Source: the human T2T-CHM13v2.0 reference genome, Homo sapiens. From it: a DNA stretch of 64,000 nt. The translations under genes and the position numbers were made by a program. Shown one piece after another: positions 27,560 through 40,859 of this stretch (position 1 is its first letter; each line of letters starts with the position of its first letter). The notes beneath the pieces were generated by a model. The model was not told the DNA's origin and made no database searches. It saw nothing but the letters and a program-made list of their open reading frames with translations. The stretch is from NCBI RefSeq assembly GCF_009914755.1, contig NC_060926.1. One strand, given 5' to 3'.

Positions 27560-30480
27560 TGTTAATGGAGTACATTCTTAATGAATTTATGTGCCACGAT
27601 GATCATTTGTTTGTCATGATATACTGGTACTGTGAGTGTGTCTAAATATCTTGTTTCTAGAGTTTCCGTTCTGTTCCAACGACATGTCATCTTCTGAGCA
27701 AATAGTTCAATGTTCTTCACTATGGTGATATTTTAATATATTTTTATTTCTGATCATGCAAGTTTCAATAATTACTCGTTCTTCATTTCTTCTTCTGACT
27801 AATTTTGCCAGTGTTTCCTCCCAGATAAAAATTAGAGTTTTGTGAGATTTATCTGGAAGAGATTATGATTGCTACTTTTATAAATTAATTTTTATAAATC
27901 AATTTTAGAGCAATTAACATCTTGGTAATATTGCCTTTCTTTCTGGTAAACTATTTTGTGTCTATATTAATTTAAGTCTTAATTTAGGTTTTTTAGTAAA
28001 GTTGTATACTTTTCTTCTTAAGTCCTGTTCATTTTTTGGCTAAATATCCTAATATTTTATGTTTTGCTGCTATTATAAATGGAATAGCTACTCGCTATAT
28101 ATTGACCTAATTATAGCTGCTATGTAAGAAAAATTTTCTTATTTCAATAATATTTTAACTGATTCTGTTAGTTTTTTCTAATTATACAATCACATAATTT
28201 TTAAAGACCAATAATTTTCTCTATTTCCAATAAATTAGCCTTATTTCTTTTTTCTAGACTTTTTGATTTGATCAGAACTTCCAAAACAATGTTAAATAAC
28301 AGTGGTGCTAGAACTGAGTTTATCTTAGCCAGGGTTTTTAATGATAGTGCCTCTAGTAGTTATACATTTGAGATGTTTAAAAAATCTTAAGGAATTATCT
28401 ATTGAATTCTAGTTTACATGATTTTTTTCTAATGAGGTATTTTTTTTCCTTTATACCAGTAACTTTGGAGATACATATCCCTCTTTTTTCCCACCTTTCG
28501 AGTGGTGAAAAAAATGTTTACACGTGTATAAGGGAGGAAGTAGAAAAAACTCATCGAAATATTATTTATTATTGAAGTCCGTAGAGCTCATAATATTACA
28601 ATAAGGGGGCAAAATTCATCAGAGTACAAAAATGTTCACTAGCAAACTGAACACTTTTAAACTTAGTCTCTTCCTCATAAAGATATCACATTATACTATT
28701 AAATTATTCATTGATTTCAGATGGTAAGCATCAGATAATGCAAATCAATTGTAAACTGAAATGGCAAATATAAATATACACGATTTCATAAAATTTAAAA
28801 AAAATTGGAAATTGCTAGGATCATACTCAAATCCATTGATATAAGAAGGTCTGAGAGATTTAAAACAATTAGTATTTGAAGAAGAAAACATCAAAAAGTT
28901 TGATGACATTAAATGCATTTAATACTTTGACTTCAGTGGACTTTGAGAATGCTTTGACTTTCAATGGTTCAAAAGGCCCTTGGAAAATGAGTTGAGACCT
29001 CTAGAAATTTTGCCAGAAGGATCTTTTTATGATAATTTATGAAAATGTGATCTTATAATTTTATTAGAGAACTATTTTTTAAAAGATTTATTACTTGATT
29101 CATCTTTATTTTATTATAGAAATTGGTTCATAGTTTCAATTCCAAGTTACATATTGTTAGATGAAAACAAATACAATTCACAAATTCATTTTTATTTTAA
29201 GGTTGATTGTCAATAAAATGTTTTTTGTTTCTAAAAACTACTAACTACGAGAATATGGTTCCAGTTTTAAGTGAATTTACTTCTAAAGATCAGTTCCTAT
29301 TGTACTGAGGCAATAAAGACCTCCTGGACACTAATTAATTTTCTAATATTGAGCAATCCATGTATCACTGGAAAGAAGCCTCCTTGTTCTTGGTGTATTA
29401 TTCTCTTAACATTCCTTAGGATACTAGTGGTTAGAATTTTTTTAAAAATTATTTTAGTTGTTATGATATGCATTACTCTTGGATTGAAAAAAGCATAATT
29501 TTTTTAAGATCTAATGGTATTTTATATAAAATATTTTTTTTTTACTTATAAATGAAATTGGCCTGTAGTTTATATTTATGTGGTATCTTTGGCAGGTTTT
29601 GGTATCAAGATTGTACTGTCTTTGTCAATTGAGAAACTGTAAACATTAGGAATATTTAAACAGTACAAAAATTATCATTTGTATAAAAATTAGAAACAAT
29701 ATCTTCATAAAAATCCCTAGAATTATGACCTGATATTTAATAGTAATTCTTTGATACTTATAATTTTTCATGATTATTACATTTTTTAAATGTCTGTTTC
29801 CTCAAGTTAATTTTGAAAATTCCTATTTTATTAAAATTTTGTTTCATGGATATATACAGTATTCTATTGAGTTTCCAAAAATACATATCAGTAGTAAACT
29901 CTCTTGTCTCTAATTTTGTGTAATTGTGCTTTCTAAAATTTTGTATCGCTAGACATACCAATATTTTGTTTCTTTGTGCTCATATAAGCTGTTGAATATA
30001 TTAGACATACGGTTTATATATTTCCTACTTTATGCAACAACTTTACATAGACTTCCTTTCAAAAATACTTTTTAGTATTCCTATTTAGACTTGTATTATA
30101 TTCACAATGATTTTGGTTTATTTCTCTGCTTAATTGACTTTAGTGTTCACGAAATCCTCTAAGAATACTATATTATTATTAAACCTTTAATTTTCCTTTA
30201 CTTCTCAGTCTATTGAAATGAATCTTAAATTTTTGCTTCAATTAGAAGATATGAGTGTTAAACTTCTTAAGACTTTATGTTATCTTAGATTATCTTTATT
30301 TTGCTTTCACAGATTAAATACAGATTTATAATATGGATTAAATCTAAATGTATAATACAATTCCCTTTGGTCACTATTTTCCCCCACAAAACTCTGTTTT
30401 CTTTCATTTAGTGTTACAGAGGATTCTGAAAATAACTTGATTTCATTTCTCTAGTAGGCAAACACTTTTTGTTTTGTTTT
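27560..30480 (-). mobile_element. Highly degraded L1M ORF2 fragments, interrupted at about 28490-29280 by a possible hAT transposon remnant
   Basis: T-rich antisense L1 motifs (cagaacttccaaaacaatgttaaataacagtgg; aatgaaattggcctgtagttt; ggttttggtatcaag). Confidence 0.6.
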
Positions 30481-31019
30481 GTTTTTGTCTTCTTCCTGGA
30501 TTCTTGTATCTCTTTTTGAATTCAGTTTTTATAACACCACCACCACCACAACACACTAACATGATCTAGCTTGCAGTGCAGGGGTGAGGTATCTACTTAC
30601 TTTAACTTATCTTGTTGGAAAGTGAAGCCTGTCATTCAAAAAGAATGTACAGGCAAGGACATTTTTTTTCCTGTTAAAACACATATTCTTGCTTCCATTT
30701 GTTCTTTACTCTGTGCGTTGGCTTGTATCAATCATCATTTGGATTGCACATTTTCATCACTTAGTCCTTTCCTTTATATTCCCTCTGGTTCTATACCACG
30801 GCTACTGAGATCTCTGGCTGGGAGGAGAGAGAGTACTCTCTTCACCCTGTAGTCTGGAACTGTTACAAATTCCCTAGGCTCCAAATGCAACTGCCTAACA
30901 ATTCTTCTGTTTTCTGGCCAGCTTTGTCCCTTATTTCCCTTGATGTACTTTCCCAGGGAGGAACTTTCCTCCTAGGTCCCACAGGCAATACAAACCATCC
31001 AATCAAATTTCTGACTTAA

Positions 31020-32250
31020 ATAGGACAACCTGACTTACATTTGTCTTCATTCTTGCTTCTTCCCCTCTTTACAGTGGAGTTCTCCATTCCCTTGGATGCA
31101 AACGTTCCTCTGATCTCTTCTCACTCAACAGACTCTTCCTTTCTGATATCGAGCAGCACAGCACCTTCACTTATGGTCTGTGTACTGGAGATTATGAATC
31201 CGAAGTCTTAAGCTGAGTCTCTCCAAAGATTCAGACTCACATCTCCAGATACCTATTAGACATTTTCTCTCAAACATTTCACAGAAAATTCATATTTTCA
31301 TGTCATAATTTTAACTCGTCATCCCCTCACTTCTCATCTGGTCTATATTTGTTTCCTCCCAGAGTAGATGGCATCGCCACCACTAAGTCACCCTAGCCAG
31401 GAAAACCCAAGATGCCCTTGATTCATACATCTTCCTCATCCTGTATTTTATACAATTATCAAATATTTTTGCCTGCACCTCTTAATGGTGAATAAATTCC
31501 GTCCACTTTCTCCATTTCTATACTTTCTTTAGGCATCAGTTCAGGCCATTGTCTTTCCTGATTATGACAATTCCTTTTTACATGGTCACTTTGTATCTAT
31601 CTTACCTACCTCTAATTCTCCACACTGCAGCAGAATGGTGCCTCTAATGTCCCTAATCATTAAAATTATATTAAAATTATATTTAAAAAACTCCCCTAAA
31701 CAAGCACTTGTAGCTGTATATTGCCCGCAGGATAAAGTCTTCGCTCCTGATGAGTCTCACAGGCTCCTGGCCCCTGTTTCCTTCACTACCCCACCTCTTG
31801 CCATGCCAGTCAGTTCCTCCCGCCAGTGTCACTGGTCCATTCACTCTGTATAACCTGTGGTGCAGCCAGATTGAACTGCTGGAGCCTCATGCTTCCCTCC
31901 AATCACTGTCCTCTTAGACATTTATACTCTTTTGCCATTTACCAAAGTAACCCCAACTTTCAACTAGATGTCACTTTATCCAGGACCTCATCTCTGAGCA
32001 AACCATCAATCCTCACCAAACTGAATTAAGTGGTCCTTCTGCGTTTCTGTAACACTCTATAACTCCCTTTTTGTAAAATGTACTACAAGATATTACACCT
32101 TCCTGTTTATTTGGCCATATTTCTACCAAGACTGAATCTTTACAAAGGGAGAAGTTAGGTATGTCTTATTTTTAAAAATTATAGATCCCAGAGACCATCA
32201 GTGCCTGGACATGTCAGGCACATAGGAAGTATTCGCTGAATTGGTTAAGT
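31020..32250 (+). mobile_element. L2 (L2a-like) 3' portion
   Basis: tctctccaaagattcagactcacatctcc, ctccacactgcagcagaatg and terminal cagtgcctggacat...gctgaattg. Confidence 0.8.
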
Positions 32251-33800
32251 GACTCTAAACTGTTTTACTATTTTCCAAACAGACACTAATTCCCCATGTC
32301 TTCAGAATGTTGTTTTCTTTCTCCTGTTCTGCAGTATGTTTTTCATACAATGCATTCTTTTCTCTTTATGAATCTACAAATGGGGTGGGTCATAGGCAGA
32401 TGCATGTTAATACAGAACACGTGGCTGTCTCTTGCCTAACCCACTGTGTGCTAGGATGACCAGCTCTGTATCTGAAGAGAAGGCTGCTATAAACTGATCC
32501 TAGCACAACTCTAGGCATCTTTCTGGGATTCTTGCATGATTCTGATTAATCGAGGTGGGATCTTCTTTTACTCTCCCTACCCTGTTATCTGAGACTTTGA
32601 GCCAGTGATTACAGAACCTTACTTGTGGTGACCACAGCTCCCATCAGACAGCCTGCCACTGTTCTCTGCCCACTCTTATCTTTTGTGGCCTTGTTTCCTG
32701 GTGGTTCTTATCCCTTGAAGGATATAGAAAAAAATGGGAGAGTTGAAAGGAAGACACATGTGGGCTGAAAACCTCGACTTTCACATGTTTGACAGAAACA
32801 TGTCTGTAGAATGCTTGAAAATTTAATAAGAACATAGGCCTCTGAATCAAAAAGGCAGAGACTATCTTGGTGATGGTGTTTGTTGGGGATGATCAGATCT
32901 CTGCCTCTTTCTTCAGGTAAATTTTGTTTCTAAAGCAAAGCTAAATATATTACAAAAATAAATATGGACAATTTACTCCCCCTCAATCCAACTGCTTTAG
33001 GGTTGTATTTTGCTGAAATTCATGCTTGATTCTGACATTCAGTTTCCTGCCAGCATTCATTTTCAGTACTATGGGAATTTTATCTTTGCTCTCTGGTCTT
33101 TATTATTTAATTTTGAAATTGGCGGCTCCTAGAGAGAATTATTTTTTTAAGCTGAAAGACTGCTTTTTATTTCTGTATGTCAAAACAGCATATTTCCTTA
33201 GAATATTGGAAGGTAACAACTGTAGTTAATAACCTAAATTTGTTAATATGGGGAGCATGAATAATTTTGCTATGCCAAGTCACTGCAAGTCCAGTGAATG
33301 ATCAATACTCAAGGCAGTGTTGCTCTGCTTTCATACTCCAGCCTCCAAAATCAGGTCATTACTGGGCATTTGTTGCCTAACTGAGCTGAGCACTGTTCCA
33401 AAGCTACACTTCTCAGCAGCACACTGTTTTTCCCTTTGGTATCAGATTAAGAGCAAAAATAGTAGTAGTAATTCACTCGGCTTTTAAGGATGAGACAGCT
33501 ACTGGATAACTTAGATATTATTTTCTTATGGAAATAGACACTTATGAGTCAGTTTTGTTTTTCCTGCCCGCTATGTTTGTCTCCAACCCACCATCCATCG
33601 ATTTACTGTTTTAAACACATAAGATACCTCGCACAAGAATTATTCTGATGAAGAAACTTGCTTTCCAATAGAAAATAAAGGCAATTAATCAATGTCCATG
33701 AGATTTACTGCATTTATGTACCCTACCTTCCAAAACAGGTGACCTTATAGGTTAGTAAAATGGCCATTCAAGACTGCGTTAAGGTGTCAGATGAACTCTT

Positions 33801-34026
33801 ACTCTGCCAAGTTAAAACACTAGCCTGCAAGATTCTGCGTATCCTCTGAACCAATTGTATAAGCAGAACTCACAGAAGTTGCTGTTTCTCCCCAAACTCC
33901 AAAGGAAACCCCAAACACTCACTCTGCCAAGTTAAAACACTAGTCAGCAAGATTCTGTGTACTCTCTGAACTAATGTATAATCAGAACTCATAGAAGTTG
34001 CTGTTTCTCCCCAAACTCCAAAGGAA
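33801..34026. repeat. Two-copy tandem duplication, period 120 bp
   Basis: 33801-33907 versus 33921-34026: 8 substitutions and 1 indel by manual alignment. Confidence 0.95.
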
Positions 34027-34645
34027 TGGCAGTGGGGTGGCACCTCTCATAATTAAAACTGGTTACCCATTGGGAAAATGTTTGCTTCTTCACTCTGTAA
34101 TTCTGAACTCTGCTGTTTAGAGATTTCAGTATCTAAAGTAATAATGCTTCCAATAGGAGGCATAAAAATGGTTCTATTGAATTGGAAATGAATTAGCCTT
34201 TTTGGAATCCTCATGTCAGAAAAAATATGGAAGAGACATACACTAGAAACAAACAAACAAACAACAACAAAACAGGTAATCTCATATGATGCTTCTTTGG
34301 TCCAATGGTTAAATTTAATAGAACCCTATATAAATAGGAACATTAAGATACAGATTTCTCAAGAATAAAGCTTTGGGTTATTCCGTTGAATAAGGAACCC
34401 CAACTGAGAGGCAAGTTCAATGTAAAAGAAACATGGAATAGTTAATAGCAGAAACTCATAAATACTGTAGATATTGTAGTGACCACCTGATGAATCAAAT
34501 ACTATAACTTTTATCTTCTTTTTCCACCTTGCTGTGTTATGTATGTATTTTAATTATTTTTTTATTTCTCTATATCCCACTATTAATGTTTTAAGGGAAT
34601 CAATAATAAAGAATTCTACAGTTTAATACCATGAGTGCCAGAATA

Positions 34646-34970
34646 AAGCCAGACCTCTATATCTGCGGGTACTGCATCAGCAGATTCAGCTAACAGTGGA
34701 TAAAAAATATCTGGTTAAAAAGCAATACAAAAGAACAATAAACAATTTAAAACATGCAGATTTTAAAAATGCAGTATAAACAACTGTTTATATAGCATTT
34801 ACATTGTATTAGGTATTGTAAGTAACATAGAGATTATTTAAAGTATATGGGAGGATGTGTGTAGATTATATGCAAACACTATGCCATTTCATATGAGACG
34901 TGCACCTGTAGATTTTGTTATCTGAGGGGGTCCTGGAATCAATGCTTAATGGATACCAAGGGATGCGTGT
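34646..34970 (-). mobile_element. MER2 (TcMar-Tigger) DNA transposon
   Basis: tatagcatttacattgtattaggtatt...aaagtatatgggaggatgtg...gggggtcctggaatcaat...ggataccaagggatg. Confidence 0.88.
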
Positions 34971-35369
34971 ATATACTAGGGATTGAATGGACATTATCCT
35001 AAAGTCCCATGCTTCAGCAAGAGAAATTATCTGATGGAACTTTGGTTAGTCTCCCCTAAACAATAAGTGACTGTTTTAAATTATATGAAAGAGCAGTTGC
35101 ATTATATTTTTTGAACTGTAAGCATGAAAAGAAGGGTGCGTATAAATATAAGGGAGCCAGAGAGGTGGGGCTTAGTGAAATTTGTCCAACTTTGACAATT
35201 AAGAAATTAAATACATTTCTTTGTTGAGAAAATTCCAGAATCAGTGAAAGAAAGAGCTCCACATTCCATCATGAAAACAGATTTAAAGCATTTGTTCTCC
35301 TTGCTTTTAGTGAGGTAGGACATAGATATTTGATTTAAGCTTGCCCAATCAGTACTTTGAAACTTTAAG

Positions 35370-35725
35370 AATGAGAAAATTCCAAAACAAACAAATAGTG
35401 GCTATAGTGGCAAGGAAGTGAAGGGACTGGTAGCACAGCAGATACCTACTTACTGCACCGGTGGTCAATGGTGGGTGATACAGTAGTTGTATTTCCTGCT
35501 GCATCATCTTAACTAGGAAGTTTCTATGGCTATTCTTGCTGTCTACCTCTCTTGGTTCTCCAGTTTTTTGGATTTTGTTTGTTTGTTGTGTTTCTGTTTT
35601 TTAGTCTGGTTCTCCAATGTTCTTGTTGATTCAGAAAGCTACCTGACATCTTTCCAATTAATTCTTTATTCTACATAAATATGGCAGAGCTGATGATCTC
35701 TATTGTTTGCAGCAGAAAACGCAAA
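35370..35725 (+). mobile_element. Old ERVL-type LTR fragment (LTR33-like)
   Basis: agctacctgacatctttccaattaattc...ctattgtttgcagcagaaaac. Confidence 0.45.
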
Positions 35726-36005
35726 TTGGTACAATTCTCAGCACAGTCCCTGGAGAGGAATAGAAAAGGGCTCCAGTTCCAGCGAGCTGGCTGAGAGCAG
35801 CCAGCTGGAACAGGGGATCTGTGTTTGTGGCCACAGTGCCTGACATAAAAATGCCTGTTACTTGAAGAAAAAAAACCCTCTGGTGTTCCTCCATTTTTAT
35901 TTTTATTTTTTTACATTATTGAAGAGGGAACATTTTAATTCTCTCCACTGTGAACTCTTTCCAAAGGTTTTGCTTTCTTTAACTCTTTGTAAAAATTAAC
36001 ACTGG

Positions 36006-36278
<273 letters not shown>

Positions 36279-37478
36279 TTAACACTCATTTCACCTTGGT
36301 GAAGAACTTGTGTATATAAGCCTTAATTGCAAAATAAAATCCACTTTTATGAAAGGACTTATGAGATGGTTATAACCTTGATTTTCAAAAAGAGGAGACT
36401 TGGCTCACTGTTTCTGTAAAAACATAAACTGGTAAATCACTACACAATCAGGTAACTCACCTCCTATATCTGTTAGACCCTGAACAAAGCAGATGGTGTA
36501 GTATTTCAGAAATAGTTTGAATTTTTGACTAAAGAAAATCATAACCTGCCTGTCTTGAAAATATACAGCAAACTTCCAAGAGAAGGAAATAATGAGAGGA
36601 ATTTCCTGTTTGTATCTTTATTTTCTCTAGAGATAGAAATTTGTGAAAATCTGCAAGCTGAATTTCTATAGCTAAAACAAAAAGCGCCTCATGCAATTTT
36701 AATAGTTATAATTAGCTACTTAGAAAACTTTCTTTCATCTCCCAACTCATTAGAGGGACAGACAACTAAATGACAACTAAATATTTTTTTTAATCTCTTA
36801 GCCTAAAATGTACAGTTCAACATTTTTCCTAATTGCTAGTGGAATTTCATTTTGTTCCTTTTTACAAAAATCCATCATATAATCACATTCTTATATTTGA
36901 AGGAATGTTATAACATGATATTTTGTAAATATAAATAATCTTGAACATTTTATAATTTTATCTTCCTCTTAATTATTTATAATGCAATATGCAGAATAAG
37001 ATATGTATGAATGAAGTTTGACTAAATATTCACAGTTTGGGAATATCTGGGTTCAAAAAAGTTTAAGCACAAAAATACCCTTCATTACAATAAAGAACTG
37101 CAATGCTCGGAGGCCCCCACATAAGCCTTCATTGTGGTGAATAAGCCCGGAGGACTTATTCATACATAATATTAATACATATTTAACTGTCAGGACAGAC
37201 CAGGTTAGGGAAACAGGCACAATAGGAGTTTGGTGGCAAGGAACTGTGTTGTCTTAGCATTTTTAAAAGTGAATAATCTTAGACATGTCCAAATAAGTGA
37301 TTTAAGTGTCAGGTACACACAAGACACAACATTCAGCACAGTAACAGATCCCAGGACTAAGAACTGAAGCAGAAGTTGTAAACTTTGGACCCACCAGCTG
37401 AGTTTGGCTTGGAGGTACATTTTGCATGAACTGCTCAGGGATTAACAATAAGTGATAAATGGTTGCTAACATAACTTG

Positions 37479-37923
37479 TGTTATGGGTTGAATTATGTCT
37501 CCCAAAAATGCATATGCCGAAATCCTACCCTCCAGTGCCTTAGAATGTGACCTTACATGGAAAAGAAGTCCTCATAGATAATGATTTCATATTGGAGCAA
37601 GGCAAGCCTCTAATCTAATATGATTGGGATCCTTATAAAAAGGGGAAATTTAGATACAGACACTCCCATGGGGAGAACAACATATAAAGATGAAGGCAGA
37701 GATGAGGGTGATGCTTCTACAAGCCAGGGAAGTCAAAGTTTGCCAGCAAACCACCAGAAGCTACAGGAGTTGCATGACAGATTCTCCCTCACAGCCCTTA
37801 GATTGAACACACTCTGTTGACACTTTGATCTTGGGTTTATAGCTTCCAAGATTGTGTGAAAATTCTGTTGTTGAAATCACTCAGTTAAGTCACTAAGCCA
37901 TGCAGCCCTAGGAAACTAATGCA
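37479..37923 (+). mobile_element. MLT1 (MLT1C-like) MaLR solo LTR
   Basis: tgttatgggttgaattatgtctccc ... gcagccctaggaaactaatgca. 5-bp TSD acttg on both sides. Confidence 0.92.
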
Positions 37924-38539
37924 ACTTGTGTGTAAAAATTCTGGAGCTTCAGCTTCTCTGAAAAGTAGCCAACTTTGGTACCATCCAGCTGATGAACTGG
38001 AAGAGAGCATCGGCTGCCACCTTTCCACAGGAAGTTCTCCAGTTTAACAAAGCTCCAGCCAGGCCGTTTTAATCAATTAAGTTGCCTGCCTTATTTTAAC
38101 CATTTAAAAGTTGCCAGGTATCACCTCAAAGGAAAATGGATCAGGAAGTTTGGAAGTACCTCAATAAATACATTGTGATAATATAATCTTTGTGATTTAT
38201 AGAAGTAAAAAAGTAGGACGCATCCAAGTGTGAAAAAAAAAAGAAAGAAAATACAAAGAAAATGAAAATAACTACCCAGGGAGTTTTCTGATCATCTAAG
38301 ATTGTAAGGAATTCTTACCAAGATAAAAGGAAAAAGATAGAATTAGAAACAAGTATAGAAAAGCTGTGATCATGATGCCAGAGAGGGCCCTCAGACCACC
38401 TACACTGAACAAGAAGACAGAAGGGGTACCTTACCACTCGAGGGAGTTTTAAATGTGGAGAGAAAGCTCTGGAAAAGCAGTATAGACATGATGGAAAGAG
38501 AGGACTGAAGACAAACGTCCATCAGGCTAAGGGGATGCT

Positions 38540-39568
38540 TCTCCACTCAAGTTCCACTTTGAACAAGTTCAAGCTATGAAGTTCAGATAAATTACATCCG
38601 CAGATTTTCAGAAATGTTGATCACAGAACCATTGCTGATAACCCTTGAGGAATAGTAGGGGATGGAGAGGATCCAGAAGACTGGAAATGAATAACAATCA
38701 GTTTTCAAAGAAAGAATCATGGAAAATTTTTACAAAATGCAGACCAATATGTCTGATAACAATTTTTACTAAAACGTTAAAACAGATTGTCACTCAAATG
38801 TGTTTGGGACATGTAAGGAAAGCAAATGATTATTAGAACTTGGAATTGGTTTAAAAATAGAAGTTAAATAGTAATAGAGGCAGCAGGAAGGTGACACACT
38901 CCCTACTATTCTACACTCCTCTCATTTTTTCAAGCCACACTGGCCTCTTGGTTGTTGCTAGACACACCTAGCATGCCTCTGCTGAACAGGCTCTGTGCTA
39001 ACTGCTTGTTCATTCTAGAATGCTCCTCCCAAAGGCATCTGCAAGCCTTTGTGCCCTGCTTCCTTGAAGGTCCTAGTCCAGTGTCACCTTCTCCTTGAGG
39101 TCTTCCCTGATGACCCTGTGTAATGTTGCAGCCCCGTACTCACCATCTCTATCCCCTACCTCCACTTTATTTTTCTTCATAGTACTTGTCGCTATTTTTT
39201 ATTTATTCAATAAATACTATATGCACTAACTAATACCAGTCACTTTTACAGGGGCTTCAGTATCTTCTCTACAGTTCTACTACACGGCCATCATCTAAAA
39301 GCCTTATATTTGACTGATCTTTTTAGGGTATTGTCTATCTCCATTTCGACTCCCATCAGAATTTTATGAGAGTAGGATTTTGCTTTTTCTCGTTTTACCT
39401 CAGCCCTTAGAACACAATGTTGTGGCACATAGTAGATATTGAGTAAATATTTTGTTAAATAAGTAAAATATAAAAGGCTGGAAATGCAGGAGTCTCTCCT
39501 TCTAAAATAAGAAGTTTCTGTGGATGAGGATAGGTATTAAAGGTTATTAATCTTTAGATTTCAACACC
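38540..39568 (+). mobile_element. CR1/L3 LINE reverse-transcriptase fossil, split by an L2
   Basis: ORF 38645-38836 has FSKK...KCRPICLITIFTKTLKQIV, similar to CR1 FKKG..NYRPVSLTS..GKILEQII. It continues after about 39470 toward a degenerate YLDFSKAFD motif (tctttagatttcaaca). Confidence 0.7.
38900..39465 (+). mobile_element. L2 3' end (L2a-like)
   Basis: agccacactggcctcttgg...tgtcaccttctccttgaggtcttccctga...tggcacatagtagatattgagtaaatattttgttaaataa. Confidence 0.85.
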
Positions 39569-40859
39569 TGGCAGAGTGCCTGGCTTGTGTAGTGAGGGAA
39601 CATAAGAAAGAGGAGAGCTGGAAAGGAAGCCGGACATGTGAGGTGCTTGGCAGAACGTGAGCTAGAATAGCTCAGCATCCCAAAAGCCCAGAGAAGAGAG
39701 GTCTGTCAGGAATGAGAGAGTGGTCCATGGTATTAAAGGAAGACAGAGATCATGTCATTGAATTTTCCATTCAACTGCTCAGTCTCTGAGACACAAATAA
39801 AATTGTCTGTAATCAAATAGGATAAAAAATTAGTTGCAAAATATGGATCAAGCATTACCCACATTTGAGCTACTTTGGAAAGTGCTATAAAACCTACCAA
39901 GAAGCAGAAGAAACATCTTGGCTCTGAAAAGACTGGCAATTCAGTGAGAGAGGATTCAATAGTCAAAGTGGTATCAAGTAGAAAACCAATTACAACAAAT
40001 AGAACAGCAATGTAAGCAATGGCATCAAGTTCCACGTGACTAATGTCAAAAGGGTAAATGCTTTCAGGAGAAGATTGAGGTCACAGTAGGCTCACAGAAT
40101 ACATGTCTGGAGAGCTCTGTCTTTTGGTAGCATAAATGTACGTCTTCATGAGGACAATTAACTTTAGTCAATCAACAAAAGACAGGATTACTAAAATAAA
40201 TAAGTGTAAGGAAAATATTAATAACCAAATAGCATTAGACATCGAGATAATCCTACCTAATGCTGTTAGCATTTGAAAGAAAAACATTCAGATTCCTAAT
40301 CTATTGGGGAATATTAACATAATGTGGCTTTGAAAATTTTAAAAAGACCTCATAATTAATTTAATCACCATTTTGCATAGCATTCCCACTTGTAATCTGC
40401 ATTTTTGCTTTAAAACTCTTACTATATAGCTGTCATTCTGATCTAATGAAATGCCTCTTACTTAGGAAGAGAGGAAATTTTCAAATGTTGAGTCTACACA
40501 GAAATGAAGAATGAAACATGTGTCTGTCGCTGCAATTTCACCATGGTAGACTAATTGCAGAGGCCTGTGGGTATGGATTGATGTTGCTGAGTAGTCAGCC
40601 TTTACTGCCGTCGCTTTCAGGGCAATTTGCATAGCATGGCTCATAGTGTTTTATGATTTTCCTTTTAAAAATAATCCTACTTTGTTAGTCACTAAATCTA
40701 TTTAACTCTTCCAGTGCTGACTAGCATCTAGGCCATATCTGCAGACTGAGTGCACATATCTCTCCCTTGGTGAGTGCTGAGAAGAAGGGGAAGGGAGTTT
40801 GAAAAGGGCATCCTAGCTGGTGGAATTTACTCTCTTTATCTCTGAGAAGATTAGATTAA

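Noticed and set aside
39733-40035. 100-aa hydrophobic ORF resembling a membrane protein
   Set aside because: It has a non-ATG start and no recognisable family, and T-rich strands give hydrophobic frames by chance.
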